64,000 nucleotides of DNA from Trichoplax sp. H2. Its lineage: Eukaryota. Below, in pieces: positions 14,320 through 27,205 of this stretch. Under the pieces are notes generated by a model. It did not search any database, was not told the DNA's origin, and saw only the letters and a list, made by a program, of their open reading frames with translations. Location of the stretch: contig NOWV01000030.1 in the NCBI GenBank assembly GCA_003344405.1, positions 124,001-188,000 on the forward strand, given 5' to 3'. How positions within the stretch are numbered: position 1 is the stretch's first letter; the number at the start of each line of letters is the position of its first letter. The position numbers and the translations under genes are program-made.

Positions 14320-15318
14320 ATGGCAAGTATATTGACTAATGAATCTTCGACATTCATGCCTACTATCGCCAATAATCGAACCAGGCCAGCGCCAGCCTAC
14401 GTTCTTGATCCTTATTTAATTATTATGACTAGTGTTGGAATTTCTATTATTATTGTCAATACAGCATTTCTGATGATTATCCTTCTCTATCGCCAACTAC
14501 GTACTACTCCTAACGTTATTATGTGTAGCATGTCGGTGTCCAGCATTTTGTTCGCTCTCATTTACTTAATTCCTCGCTACTTTCCGGCCAGTGTCGACTT
14601 AATATGCAAGTTATTACCTTTTATCGGCCTATCATTAGCTTTAATCATTAATCTACATCAATGTGTTATTAGCTGCCATCGTTATATGGCTGTCGCCAAT
14701 CCACTTACTCATCGTCGCCATATGACCAAACGTCATATTGCTATTATATTAGTTTTAGTTTGGTTATTGCCATTTATCTCTAGCTCTATACCAGCCATAT
14801 TTTATCAACCTCTTAATGAGGGTTTTTGCAGAGTGTTCGGTTATGATGCAACGCCTAAACTTATCTTTTATAGCTCCATGTACACCATCTTTTTCTACTT
14901 GCCCTTATCTATCATTTTGTTCGGCTATATTTATATCCATATTACAGCTTTGATACTACCCAAAGATAGAAAGTTATTGAAACGAGGCTGTTGGAAATAT
15001 CGTATTCATCGCCATCGTCGTGTCTTAATCCATACAGCAATTATTATTGAATTGCATGCACTATGTTGGGTACCATTTATTACCGTTACTATTGCTTGGT
15101 ATGGTGGCTTTACTATACCTAATTTTCGTGTCTTAGCCGAGGTTTTGCGCAATATTGCATTAAGCTATCCAGTGATCAACCCTTTGGTCTATGCTTATTG
15201 TACATCTGGTATTCGTCGACGTATTTTAAATTTAATAGGTTACGAGAGCGCAAAGAGACCGTCTACCTTACGATCAACGGGTTTAGAATCCTCGTTAGCC
15301 TCTGGAGTAATGGGCTAA
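14320..15318 (+). CDS. Intronless rhodopsin-like (class A) GPCR, 332 aa
   Basis: Seven hydrophobic segments. N-terminal sequons NES and NRT. TM1 Asn followed by 'RQLRTTPNVIM'; Cys at top of TM3; 'CHRY' in place of DRY; TM4 Trp; TM5 'FFYLP'; TM6 'CWVPF'; TM7 'NPLVY'. Start context is gccATGG. Confidence 0.93.
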   Translation: MASILTNESSTFMPTIANNRTRPAPAYVLDPYLIIMTSVGISIIIVNTAFLMIILLYRQLRTTPNVIMCSMSVSSILFALIYLIPRYFPASVDLICKLLPFIGLSLALIINLHQCVISCHRYMAVANPLTHRRHMTKRHIAIILVLVWLLPFISSSIPAIFYQPLNEGFCRVFGYDATPKLIFYSSMYTIFFYLPLSIILFGYIYIHITALILPKDRKLLKRGCWKYRIHRHRRVLIHTAIIIELHALCWVPFITVTIAWYGGFTIPNFRVLAEVLRNIALSYPVINPLVYAYCTSGIRRRILNLIGYESAKRPSTLRSTGLESSLASGVMG

Positions 15319-17912
15319 AGTCTTATTTAAATATACTTTGATTTCATCAAGCACGAAATTGGATCTCATTATACACGATATTTTCTACTACTACTGGACT
15401 GAATATCGCTCATGAAAAGGAATCATAGCTCATACAAAGTTATGGATTGAACTCGTTGGGATAATTGTACACTTTGTAGCCGATTCCTAAAAATAAATAA
15501 AATAAGAAATGAATAAAAATCAGTATTTTGCACTTGTAGCTATCAAGTTAATCATATCAAAATGTTAACAATTATATTCGTTCTTTCTTAAAAGTGATCT
15601 ATTCCATTACTGTTAAACGTTACAAACGATTTATTTATCCTTTAGTGGATTGCCTTCTATCTAGAGTTCCAATGGATGAAAATCTTAACGAAAATGTTCA
15701 ATTGTGTATTCTATTGCTAATGGAGAAAGTAAATCTTTTAACGAATATTCGAGATTGGCGTCCTATCATCACTTTAACAAATTGATGGATTAATTTCAAT
15801 TGCTTAATTATTTGATTGTTACGACTACTGCAGTACCTACTACACTATTAATTCAAGATAATCTTTAATCTATCGTACGATATAATTGATACTAAATGAA
15901 ACTAAGAACAGCTTCAGTCCGATTTTACTATCAAAATAGTTAATAAAATGCTTTATTGATAGATATATCTTGCTGGAAGATAGAGCTGATGATAGTACTG
16001 CATTAAACGACATTGACAATCTTCTGTTAATACTATAATCTGATTGAGGTATCCGTTAATTATTATTACTTTAAACTAAAATGGTGATGATTCAATAGAA
16101 GCAATTTATAGTTCTATACTTTATTATTCAGCATAATTTCAACGTTTTGTATGCTATTAGTAAAGAATCGTTAGATCACGAAATACCCCTTCAAATTAGA
16201 ATAAATTGTAGGCTGCGATTGAGCGTTTAAAAATTAAAACTGAAATTATTATATTTCGTTAGTATAACTACTCAGAAAATTTGATCATAATTTATTACCA
16301 GCTATCGTATGGCGATCTATGTCGCCGTAAAAAATCTTTCTATAAGATTGGAGGTTATCATAATTACTTTTCATTGCATCTAGACCGTATATAATTGAAT
16401 AATAATTGCTTGGTTTGTCAAGATAAACATTTCCACTGCAATAAATCGATGAATAATTATAATTTATTTATTAATGTCCTTATGGATTATGCTCAAGTAT
16501 TCATACAGGATAGTTTACCTTCACGCTTTATAATTCGTATATTAAAGTAATAAAGATTCTATTCGTCAAATCTTCAATGGCTGTTTGCGCAATGGGCTAG
16601 CTCGGTTTATAATATTGGGTAGTAAAATCGAAAAGTAGAAAATTTTATTCTAAATAAACAGATTTACAGATGATATACTACTTCTTGGCTAAGGTCTCAG
16701 GTATTGGTTATGAGATTAGATTACTACAAACGTATTTGGCTTTAGGTCCCAAATAAAATAAAGTTATTGCCAATTATCTTTAATTTTTGAAACAGCTAAA
16801 TGGAATAGTAACTGTTACGAGATAATCTGCCAATAAACTCCATGAATCTGATAACATAGCTGAAGAGCGAGTGGAGAAAGACGGTCAGCAAACGCAATAG
16901 AGACTAATAAAACACATACCTATTAGTAATTAATTAATTTATACATCTGAGGCTTACTCAGGAATTATAGGTTTTATGCAACACCATAGAGTCACGAATT
17001 TAGTCGATTAGCTTCTTACTGAGTACTATCATGTAATGACTTGTTCATGACAACTTTGTATCGTAGTGATATATGTCGTTTACTACATATGGTATATCTA
17101 ACATATGTAATTAATTCACAAATGTACTGTGCATTTTTCTTGGTAAATGGACTAATATTCTACTCCTTGAATAATCCCATTGGGTATGCCCGTAACAATG
17201 TCTTATAATTGACCATCTTCGTCTAGGATAAATTACCACGTTATCTCTTACGTGTACAGTAGTTTCTTTAATATAGTATTCCGTTTTGCAGCAACATACG
17301 AGTAGGATAGAAAATTACAATTTAACAAGCACTGTTTTCACTAACTTTATAAAAACACATAAATAATTATACGTAGGTGGGGCTTAGGATAAATTTATAC
17401 GGATGTTGGAATAGATACTCCAAACATTTATTATATCTTCTTGCTAAAGAGGAAGGTGGAAAAACATCGTAGCATTCTAACCATGTCGACAGGAAACAAA
17501 AAAGTCTCAATCAAAACAGTTTTGGAATATTCGAAGCAGTTATTCGGCAATGTAACTGTACAAAAAATTTGATTAATTTTATAAAAAATACAAATTTATA
17601 ATGACGAACTGAGCCAAGAATTGAGAATAGATGCTGTGATTATATTACTAAAATTAGAAAGATTCTTACGATTCACATACGACTATGAAAATTCATTACC
17701 CACTTAATTTGGATTAATATATCAACAGCATTTAGGCGTTTTGGAAATAAGGTAACGATTCCAGTAGATCTGTACGCTAAGATTTATGAAAGAATCTATG
17801 AATGAAGTACTGTCACATTTGTTGTGTTAATAGCAAATATTACTATAAGAAATTATTTCTCACAGTAGTATTATATACAGTAAAATAATTTCTAGTTGCC
17901 TTGGTGTTGTTG

Positions 17913-17942
17913 CTACATTAATATACACCGATTGTATTTTAC
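17913..17942 (-). CDS. Candidate alternative terminal exon of the syntaxin encoding VKYNRCILM* (CaaX box)
   Basis: The acceptor 'caataatag' is followed by GTA AAA TAC AAT CGG TGT ATA TTA ATG TAG in phase 0, matching the phase-0 donor at 18588. It lies downstream of the TM exon's AATAAA (18131-18136) and has a further AATAAA at 17427-17432. Confidence 0.45.
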   Translation of the reverse strand, partial: VKYNRCILM

Positions 17943-18348
17943 CTATTATTGTAGATTGCAGTGTGGTAAATACTCGCATACGATAACATTATTGTAAGCA
18001 TAAGCATTTAATTTTGATATAGTCGCTATAATTAAGTCTTAGGCTGATAAGCATATCAAAAAATTAACTATAGACATTCACTTAAAGAGAACCAAAAATT
18101 TAAGAACGATTACAATAGCTTTATAGATGCTTTATTTTCATCGATTTTGTAAATTTTGCCGCCATAGAATTCTCTCAAGATGATAGAATATCACATCTAA
18201 ATCCATCAGTCTTCGCTCAGGAAAAATATTCAGTTTCGGACAATGAATTGATTGATAAAGTATGGCCTTCGTAATATTTCCATCTTACATCAGTTAAATT
18301 GTCTATTACCAAAACTTTTAAAGGCAATAGCCAAATTTCGATCGGACT

Positions 18349-21300
18349 TTAGGGACTTTGTGTGCTGGGATTTGAATTACCGCTATTATTACTAGAATTG
18401 TTTACGGTAGGTACAACAATAGCGACGGTGATAATTATCAGAAGGATAATGACAAGGACAATGATACAAATCAGTTTCTGTAAGAAAATCAGACAAAAAG
18501 TTGGACTTTAATAGAGATTGGCAAAAAATGAAAAGATATTATATCGTTATTAATGAGTACTGTATATCGATAAATTAAATAGACAAACTTTCCGAGCTGC
18601 CGTTTGATAGGTATGAGCTTTACTCAAATCGGTTGTTGCTCTTTGTACGTAATCGACAGTACTAAGAGTATTGTGCTCAATATTGTCTAACATTTCGCCT
18701 TGGCTTTCAACTAGCATGGCCATATCAAGAAACATGTCATGCAATTCCTGTAACAAAAGATTAGCGACAATTTACTATGCTGTGTGACAGGAATTACTGT
18801 GATATAAACCAGGGAATCTAAGATACTATTTGTATTCTAGATGTGAAACTGATGTGCATATCAGCACAATGCTTGTATATTATATTTTAGTACTCTTGTG
18901 ACGTTCTACGTAAGCTATCATCGATAAAAATACTAACTTTAATACTTTTTTCGAGTTTCATAATATCGTCATATCGTTGTTCGATTGCTTCTAAAGCTTT
19001 TTTGGCTTCCTTACTGTCGATCATCATCTATACCATATTACGATATAAATTCATAAATATAGATTGTATAATTGTCATGGAAAGGGGATATGTATAACTA
19101 AATAGTATAAATTTAAGAGACTTGTATCAAGAATAGCTATTTACTATGATATATACAGGTAAAGATAGTAGGTAAAATGACGTCTAGTATAAGATAGAAT
19201 TAACTTACACCATCAGTGAAAACATTAAGATCGCCTTGCTCTAACATTTCTTCAACTTCGTCATCAGTGGTCGTCTTTCCAGCTGGTTATTAAGATTATT
19301 GTTAGTATCATTTACTTCTAGAAATATTATCATTTCCAAGTACATTACAATCGCGGTGAATTTCCATACTTATTTCTAGCTGTCTGACAATACGTGCTTT
19401 GCATTTCTCTCGATGTTCCACTTGCATAGTATTGTAGTCGGACATAAGACTAACTAGACGATTACTAAGCGCTGTAACCTTAATAATTCAAAAAGTATAA
19501 ATGGCAACATTAATCATAGATGATTAAAAGCGAGATGTATGCGACGAGAAGAAATTTATGGGCGATCATTGATAAATGATTGTATCTAGGGTAGATTTAT
19601 GTCATCTCTACAATTACGTTTATGGTATCGCGGTCACAGATCAGCAATTTATCTCAGAAGCCAATAGAATCAATATACGTTACGTCATTGTTATCATAGT
19701 ATATTTGTTCACTAATTTTGTTAGATTTTCAGCAGCACTTTCATGCAAGCAGTGTTGACTCGTATTTCTCCTACCTGTGTTTGCTTTATCCGAAATTCAG
19801 CGGAATGATCATCTTGCCCAATAGTAGCTTCTAAGCCTGTTACATTAATAGATAGACGTATTGACTTGTTAGTACGTAGTTGTTATGATAGGTTGGATAG
19901 GGAAAAGCTGTTGATATTATAGATAAATATTACTAAAAGTAAAGCGTATATTTAAACCTTTTAATTGTGAACGGATTCTTTTGGCCTTAATTTTAATACT
20001 TTCCATATTCTTCTCTAAACTTTCGCGTTTATCTGTGAAAAGGTTCAGATAGTTTATTCAAGTGATGAGACTTTTTACATGATTGATATTTACTGAAATT
20101 AGTGTTGCAAATACGAGAGTGGTATTATAGCAACTGCAGACTGACCAATATCAATGGATTGTCAGGATTAGATAATTATATCGCCTACAAGTAGGTTTTA
20201 CCTTCCGTTACTTTCGGCATTGTTATGAAATCGCTGTAGGCTTTAGCAACTTGGGCGAGGTTGTCTTCGATAGTATCTAATTCCCCTTCGATATGTTCGA
20301 CCTGTAATATGACAGTATAGAAACTTTAATTTCATTTATGGTATTTGGTCGTTCTCTCTTGGCAGATAGTGACTAATATCTGAGAAGGTGTAGACTTGTA
20401 TTTTCGTTTTTAGCCAAGTAATTACGGTATATTGTGTGAGAACTGCATAAGGTAACTGGAGTGAAAGCTATCCAATTACAGTATTCCGTTCTATAGAACG
20501 GAATACTGTACATCATTGCGAGAATTAAAAGAGTGATAACCATTGATTTTACCATTAAATTAACTTGGTGATGATTTCAATTCTTTTCAATTTACTTACA
20601 AATACATTTAGAAACTCTTTTACTAACTTTTAAAGTTTTATTACTGCACATTCATGTGAATTACATCCTATTCCAAGGTAAAATTCATGACACTGATAAC
20701 TACCTGGTTAAAGAAGTCTTCCATGAATGGCACTGGCTCTTCAATGGAGATTTCAATCCCTTTATCGTCGAGTTCTTCATCATCTTGGTTAGCCTGTACC
20801 TGTTCATCATTTATTGGTGTTTTAGTTAGGTTAATCAGGTGTTATTAATTAAATATTGAATTAGGATTATTAAATTAATCGAGATTAGCTCGAGCTGCAG
20901 TCCTGGTAGCGTTAGTAATTTGCTTATTCTGGCTCTATTTGTATTTCTTGTGATCTATCAGAATATTAAGTTGAGGGAGGACGCGTAAAAGTGTTAGCTA
21001 ATTTAATTTTTTAACCCTGAAGATGGGACAGAATGCTTGACAACGATCTATAATTTATAATAGGCTTATTATGCTTGGTAAAGTAAGTCGACCGCGCAGG
21101 GATAAACAAATAAATCGAAATGAAGAAAACGATTGAATTTATGTAGACTGAATGATATTTTTGCTAGTTCTTAAATTGAAAATAATGATGGATTTCGAAA
21201 ATCATTTTACCCTAAGATTACAGTTATACGAATGAGTAATGCCGTCATAAGAGCTGTGACTGATGGGTAATTAATAAGTTATTAACGGATAATTGTTTGT

Positions 21301-22560
21301 TTGGTTAAGTTTGAAAATAGGCCCTTTTTCTTATAAAGCTAGGGATACTTGAGTTGTCGGTGATATTAAGTTCAAACTGCAGAGTGAATCTTCATGGACG
21401 AAATTCAATTGAACTCGGCTTGTGGTGGAGTTACCCAAGTGGTTACTAGCAATGACTGAAGGTTTGAAGAATTTATCGCGGCATTGTCCCTCTTTTGTAA
21501 ATAGTTGGATTTTATGTCACCGTAACTGATATTTCATATTGATAGATTAAAAGCATGGAAGTGAATCATTCATTTCTTGCTATATTGCTATTCAATGGTA
21601 GTTTTAACCTTTTTTATCTTTTATTTTTTTGCATGTTGATAGTGAATGCTAAGTCTAGTCGTTTACGATAATTGTCCAAAAGATGAAGAGTTGATCATTT
21701 TTGATGCGTTTGTTTACAATTTTGTAAGTGTGAAATTTCGTTGACTACCATCATCCATTTAGCGTAGATTATGATGAATAGATAAAGAGAGCTAAGCTAG
21801 AGGAAAAGTAACATTGAAAAGTAGAGCCTGACTTTGACCAAGAAAATGGCTACTCCTATCTACTTCTAACTGTATTTACAGCATAGGCAACAATGGATGC
21901 CATTATCCTAAGTTGATTGGATCAGAGGCTGTTAGGAAAAAAAGTACTATGGCGGTGACTTACTGCTTGATGATAATACTTGTTGTTAGCAAAGTCAATT
22001 AGGTGGCCGTAACTAGTTAGGATCTGGATATCCATGGAGTTGATCTTGACAACAAGAAATGGCTACCCTTGGACATATCCGATAATATGGTACAGTAGTC
22101 TGCACTAGGTCATCCATTTATGTATTGTAATGCATAGACTGTACACTCCATTCTTGCATGATGTGGGAAAATGAAGTGGATAAAGCAGAATGAACTTGCG
22201 CCTAGGCAACGAGTGACTAGAAGGGTGCGTGGTGACTATTTGACTAAAGCTGGCGATTAGACTTCATTAAATTGTCGCCTGTTCATTAGACGTATTTAAT
22301 CATCCTATTGGATGATAGCCCAGAACGTCATGTAGTGTAGAACCTAATAATACAAACATCAGCAAGACTATGACGAATGGCATTGATCATTTAACGACGG
22401 CTACTTGTATCATCCATTTCTTTGAGCCAGATCGATTTTGGTCTCCATCTCTGTCTGTGTGTGTGACATGCCTAGTCACATCTAGAAAAAAAATGATTGG
22501 TTCGCTAGCCTAAGCTAGGTTAATTCATACCGCTTGAATTTCTATCATTCGGTCCTTCAT
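18349..22560 (-). CDS. STX1: Syntaxin-1-like Qa-SNARE, 10 coding exons
   Basis: GT-AG exons on the minus strand: 22531-22560 (N-peptide [10 protein letters not shown]); ~20704-20793 (…PFMEDFFNQ); ~20202-20301; ~19958-20032; ~19775-19836 ([11 protein letters not shown]); ~19370-19478 ([14 protein letters not shown]); ~19209-19283 ([13 protein letters not shown]); ~18938-19027 ([16 protein letters not shown]); 18589-18747 ([24 protein letters not shown], zero-layer Q); 18349-18477 (TM helix [22 protein letters not shown] plus tail). Exact paralogue identity is uncertain. Confidence 0.93.
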
Positions 22561-23106
22561 GGTGTTGCTTAGGTCTTGCTATTCAAGAATGGAAAATAAC
22601 TTGTTGAACAACTATCCACACAGATTCTTGCAATGATTTACAAGGTGGGCAAATGGCTGCAATTTGGTCTTTGAAAATTGGCCAGTGAAATTGTGCTGCT
22701 ATCTTCAAAGCAGGTGATGAAGCTTTTGTGACGATTGTGATGGGTCGTCCGTCACCTGCTATGACTGACCGAGCCAACAGCGGATACAATACTGCCTAGA
22801 TACAGCCATCGACTACTCGAAAATTGCACACTTTCTTCTAGTCAAATGACACAACACACACTCATGCCTGAGCGATTTGTGTCTGCGTCCTTTGTTGGCC
22901 GTGATCGACCAGCAGTAGTACGACGTCCACTGTCAGGCGTCAACTTGACTGGCTTCACCACCACCGTTGCTCTCAGCCGTGGCTCAGTGCACTAGGTATG
23001 CTGTTCGGTATACAGACTGCAATGCACCAACTGGCATCCTGTACAGGAGGTTTTTCTTCCTTCTACTGCATGAGTCCATATACAGTACTTCTGCACTACC
23101 AACTCG

Positions 23107-23581
23107 GCAATCCTATTCCAAGGTGTGGTAGGGTGGAGACGCAAATCATCCTACCCTTACATAATCAATAATGTCTTGACATTGGACAGGGAATAAAAAT
23201 CGCCTTCTTAGCTAGAATGGCGTCTACGAACCGCATGACTTGGACGAGTCTTGCATTAAAATCGTCATGATCTTAGGGGAAGAAACCCTCCAACTGTTCC
23301 AATGAAGAAGATTGCAATCCTATTCTAAGGTGTGGTAGGGTGGAGACGCAAATCATCCTACCCTTACATAATCAATAATGTCTTGACATTGGACAGGGAA
23401 TAAAAATCGCCTTATTAGCTAGAATGGCGTCAACGAACTGCTTGACATTGGACAGGGAATAAAAATCGCCTTATTAGCCAGAATGGCGTCTACGAACCGC
23501 ATGACTTGGACGAGTCTTGCATTAAAATCGTCATGATCCTAGGGAAAGGAACCCTCCAACTGTTCCAATGAAGAAGATTGC
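23107..23581. repeat. Near-identical tandem duplication, ~207-bp unit; the second copy has an internal ~59-bp duplication
   Basis: 'caatcctatt..aaggtgtggtagggtggagacgcaaatcatcctaccctt…ccaatgaagaagattgca' occurs twice. 'cttgacattggacagggaataaaaatcgcctt' occurs three times. Confidence 0.95.
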
Positions 23582-23844
23582 ACGATTTCATCCCTTCACC
23601 TACATGTGCGTACAGTAGCCCTAACCATTTTGTACCAATGACTTTCTCCACGTCGTTCAAGCTGTCCTACTGATACATTATGAGACATACTCGTATTGAC
23701 ATGTCTAAAAAAAAATGAAGTGAGATTGGACGATTTCTTCATTTTTTTTTGAAACATGTCAATACATGTCTACATTATCAGTAAGACAGCTCCAACAAAG
23801 TGTACATTGTACAATGTAATTGATGCAAAATGGTTAGCGATAAT

Positions 23845-24020
23845 TCTCGTATACGAGTACGCGTATAAAATAATCAAGAATAAAAATTGCAAATTTGAAT
23901 TGTCGCTATGGACTATGGCAGTGTATACATATGCTCGTATACGCGTATATAATACAGTAATTAAAAAAGGTAATCAAAAATTGCAAATTTGAATGGTAGC
24001 TATGGACTATGGCAGTGTAC
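23845..24020. repeat. Two-copy tandem duplication, ~90 bp
   Basis: 'ctcgtatacg…aaaaattgcaaatttgaat.gt.gctatggactatggcagtgta' occurs twice. Confidence 0.85.
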
Positions 24021-24589
24021 CATAGTCTCTGAGACATCATTCTCTTCTGGCAAGTGAGTAAGGATGGCCTGTTGTAGTGATCAGGCCAGCGTGATATTTT
24101 GTACAGCGTAGTTAAGATCGATTCAGAATTAGCTAAACAAACATCCAGGATAGTAATTAATGAGGAACAACAATTCATTTTATTCCATTACTATATATTC
24201 TAATTAGAAATGATTGGTGGTACAGGTAAATATTCGTTGAATCGTTCCATAGCAACCCTACCACTAGGTCTATCCAAGGTTTACAAAAATAACAATATCA
24301 TTCAACACGATCATGAATCATGATCTGCTCAATACATCAACATCTAGAATACAATTGTACTGCAGAATTCACATGTTATAAATTGTAATTAACTATCGAG
24401 TAGGAATAATAACCCTAAAAGAAAAGTCGATAATATGTTGTCAATATCGTCCACTAAAATAGACTATTGCAAATAGACTGCCATGCCGCATGAAATGAAT
24501 GCAGTCAAGAATAGAGCCAACTACGCCCAGTTCGTGTCCACAGTAGCTTCCACACCCAAAAGCTCAACGACGTTATATCATGAACATAG

Positions 24590-26860
24590 AAAAAGATCTA
24601 TCTTTCCTTGCTTTAAGAATAGAAATGATTCAAAATCAGTTAGTATACCGTAAAATAGAATTAGAAAAAAATCCATCTGAAAATGGATTCAACCAGGCAT
24701 ACCACTACACAACAAGCTGCTACTCCAATTAATTATTAAAAAAAAGAATACTTTCCTAATGAGTAATTTTTCATTTTTATTCTTTGATAATCAGTTCTAT
24801 ATACGTAAGGGATAATACTACTGTAAATACTAAAAAGTGAGCACTCAGAAGTCCTATCCTTATTTGTGGCGCTTTAGTCCACAGTCCAACACGGTACATG
24901 GCCATGACATTCTGTTGGATGCATCTTTCTTTGGTATAATATAGAATAATTTAATATAATATAAAGAGTTCAAAGTCGGTTAGTATACCGTAAAATTACC
25001 GATCTCAAAATGGATTAAACAAGGCACAAATGCATGAGAAGCCCCTACTCGAATTAACTATTATTAAAAAAAATAATAATTTCTAATGAGTAATTTTTTG
25101 GTTCATTTTATGTAGTCGGTTCTATATGCGCAAGGGATAATACTACTGCAAACACTAAAAAGTGAGCACTCGTAACTCCTGGATATCCCTGTGAGTAGTG
25201 CAATAGTCCATGGTACAATATTGTACTGTACAGTGTATATGGCCATAACTTTTCTGTTGGATGCATCTTTCTTTGGTAGAATAAATAATAATAATTCTAA
25301 TTTTAATAGAAAGTGTTCAAAGTCAGTTAATATACCGTAACATAAAATTGAATTTGAAAAGTCGATCTCAAAATGGATTAAACAAGGCATCAATACGCGA
25401 CAAGTCCCTACTCAAATTAATTTTAAAAAAAAACAGTGATTTCCTAATGAGTTATTTTACAAGGCATAAATACGCGAGAAGCTCCTACTCAAATTAGTTA
25501 TTGAAAAAAATAGTAATTTCCTAACGAATCCCTTTTCATTTTTTTATTCATTTATAGTCAGTTCTATAAAATTAAACCATCGACAGGTGTATATGTAGTG
25601 CATTAGTCTATGGTACAATATTGTATATGGCCATAACATTCTTTTGGATGCATCTTTCTTTGGTATAATAAATAACAATTTTAATATAAAGGGTTCAAAG
25701 TCAACTAGTATACCATAAAATAGGATTAAAAAAAGTCTACCTGAAAATGGATTCAATTAGGAATCCTACACTACAAGTTACTACTCGAATTCATTATTAA
25801 GAAAAAAACCATCATTTCCTAATGAATAATTTTTCATTCTTTATTCATTTATAGTCCGTTCTATATGCTTAAGGAATAATACTGTCAAGACTAAAAAGTG
25901 AGAGCACTCGCAAGTCGTATCCCTGTGTGTAGTGGATTAGTCCATGGCCATAACATTCTGTTCAATGCATCTTTCTTTGATATGCTCGTAATAAATAATA
26001 ATTTAATATAAGCACACAAGAGTGAGCACTTGTGTAGTGGATTAGTCCATCGCCATAACATTCTGTTCAATGCATCTTTCTTTGATATGCTCGTAATAAA
26101 TAATAATTTAATATAAGCACACAAAAGTGAGCACTTCTAAGTCCTATCCATGGCTACACTGTGTCTAGTGCATTAATACAGTCATGGACCACTAGAAGAA
26201 GACTGGTTAGTAGGGCAGAGTCCTATTCTGTTCGACGCATCTTTCTTGGGTATAACAAATAATTTCATAGAATGGCTTCATAGTTAGTTAATTAATATAC
26301 CGTAAAATAAAATTGAAAAAGTTGATCTAAATGGATTCAAGGGACAATTACTCAATGGGAGCCTATCTGTGATGCATCTCTTGGGTATAACAAATAATTT
26401 CATAGAATGGCTGCACAGTTAGTTAGTTGATATACCGTCAAATAAAATTGAAAGAAGTCGATCTGAAAATGGATTAAACAAGGGCACAAATAGACGAGAA
26501 GCTCCTACTCTAATGAGATATTAAAAAATAATTTCCAATTGAATCCTTTTCATTTTTTGTATGCGTAGCCATCGTACAGCACTACAATTCCATAATATTT
26601 TATTACTTTTGATGCATCTTTCCTTGCAATTTCAAAGTCAACTTGCATACTGCAAAATAAATTGAATTCAAAATATCTGCCTGAAAATTGAATTTAGACA
26701 AGGCATGAATAATAATATAATAATATGGTCACAAGCCATAGAAATTTGACACAACAAGCTCTTATTCCAATTCATTAATGATACTTATTATATTCCCCCC
26801 CCCCCAAAATAAAAATAAATTTATATCCAAATTCCTAATGAAGAATTTTCATTTTAAATG
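24590..26860. repeat. Large degenerate tandem array (~340-390-bp units, about 6-7 copies, with a nested 105-bp duplication) between the divergent syntaxin and USP48 starts
   Basis: The anchor 'gatgcatctttc' or a variant appears at ~24918, 25260, 25648, 25965, 26070, 26234, 26371 and 26611. Full units continue with 'tataccgtaaaat', 'aaaatggatt.aacaaggca' and 'ttcctaatga'. Confidence 0.9.
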
Positions 26861-27205
26861 GTCGCCGGCGAGCACTTGTCATTGGCGGCAATACTACGTC
26901 TAGTGCAGTACTGCAGTGCCATAATGTTCTGTTGGATACCTTAAATTTGTCTAGTGTAGTCGAGTAGAAGTTCCTATAGTGTATTCATACGAGCAAAATG
27001 ATTGTCCCCCTTCTATTTCACACTGCAATTTCTGATACACGATAGTGGTATAGACTGCACAGTCGTTATAGTATAGTACAGTAGGTTGACAGTTAAGCCA
27101 CAAGACACTGTATCACACGGACATCATTAACAGTATTGCCCAGTGGCCACTGTGCCCTAGCAATTGCCAGCGTTTCCACCATCAATGTAGCTCCTAAAAA
27201 TCAAA

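Noticed and set aside
18550..18588. Syntaxin read-through ending [12 protein letters not shown]
   Set aside because: This is intron sequence after a normal GT donor and carries no anchor motif.
20062..20096. Other intronic TGATGA…CTGA pairs (also ~21771, ~38221, ~52019)
   Set aside because: They are too short, or lack a terminal stem and any rRNA/snRNA complementarity I could recognise.
25103..26124. Minus-strand ORFs sharing 'KLLF…KKDA.NRMLW'
   Set aside because: The shared peptide comes from the ~350-bp DNA repeat. The frames are broken between copies and resemble no known domain.
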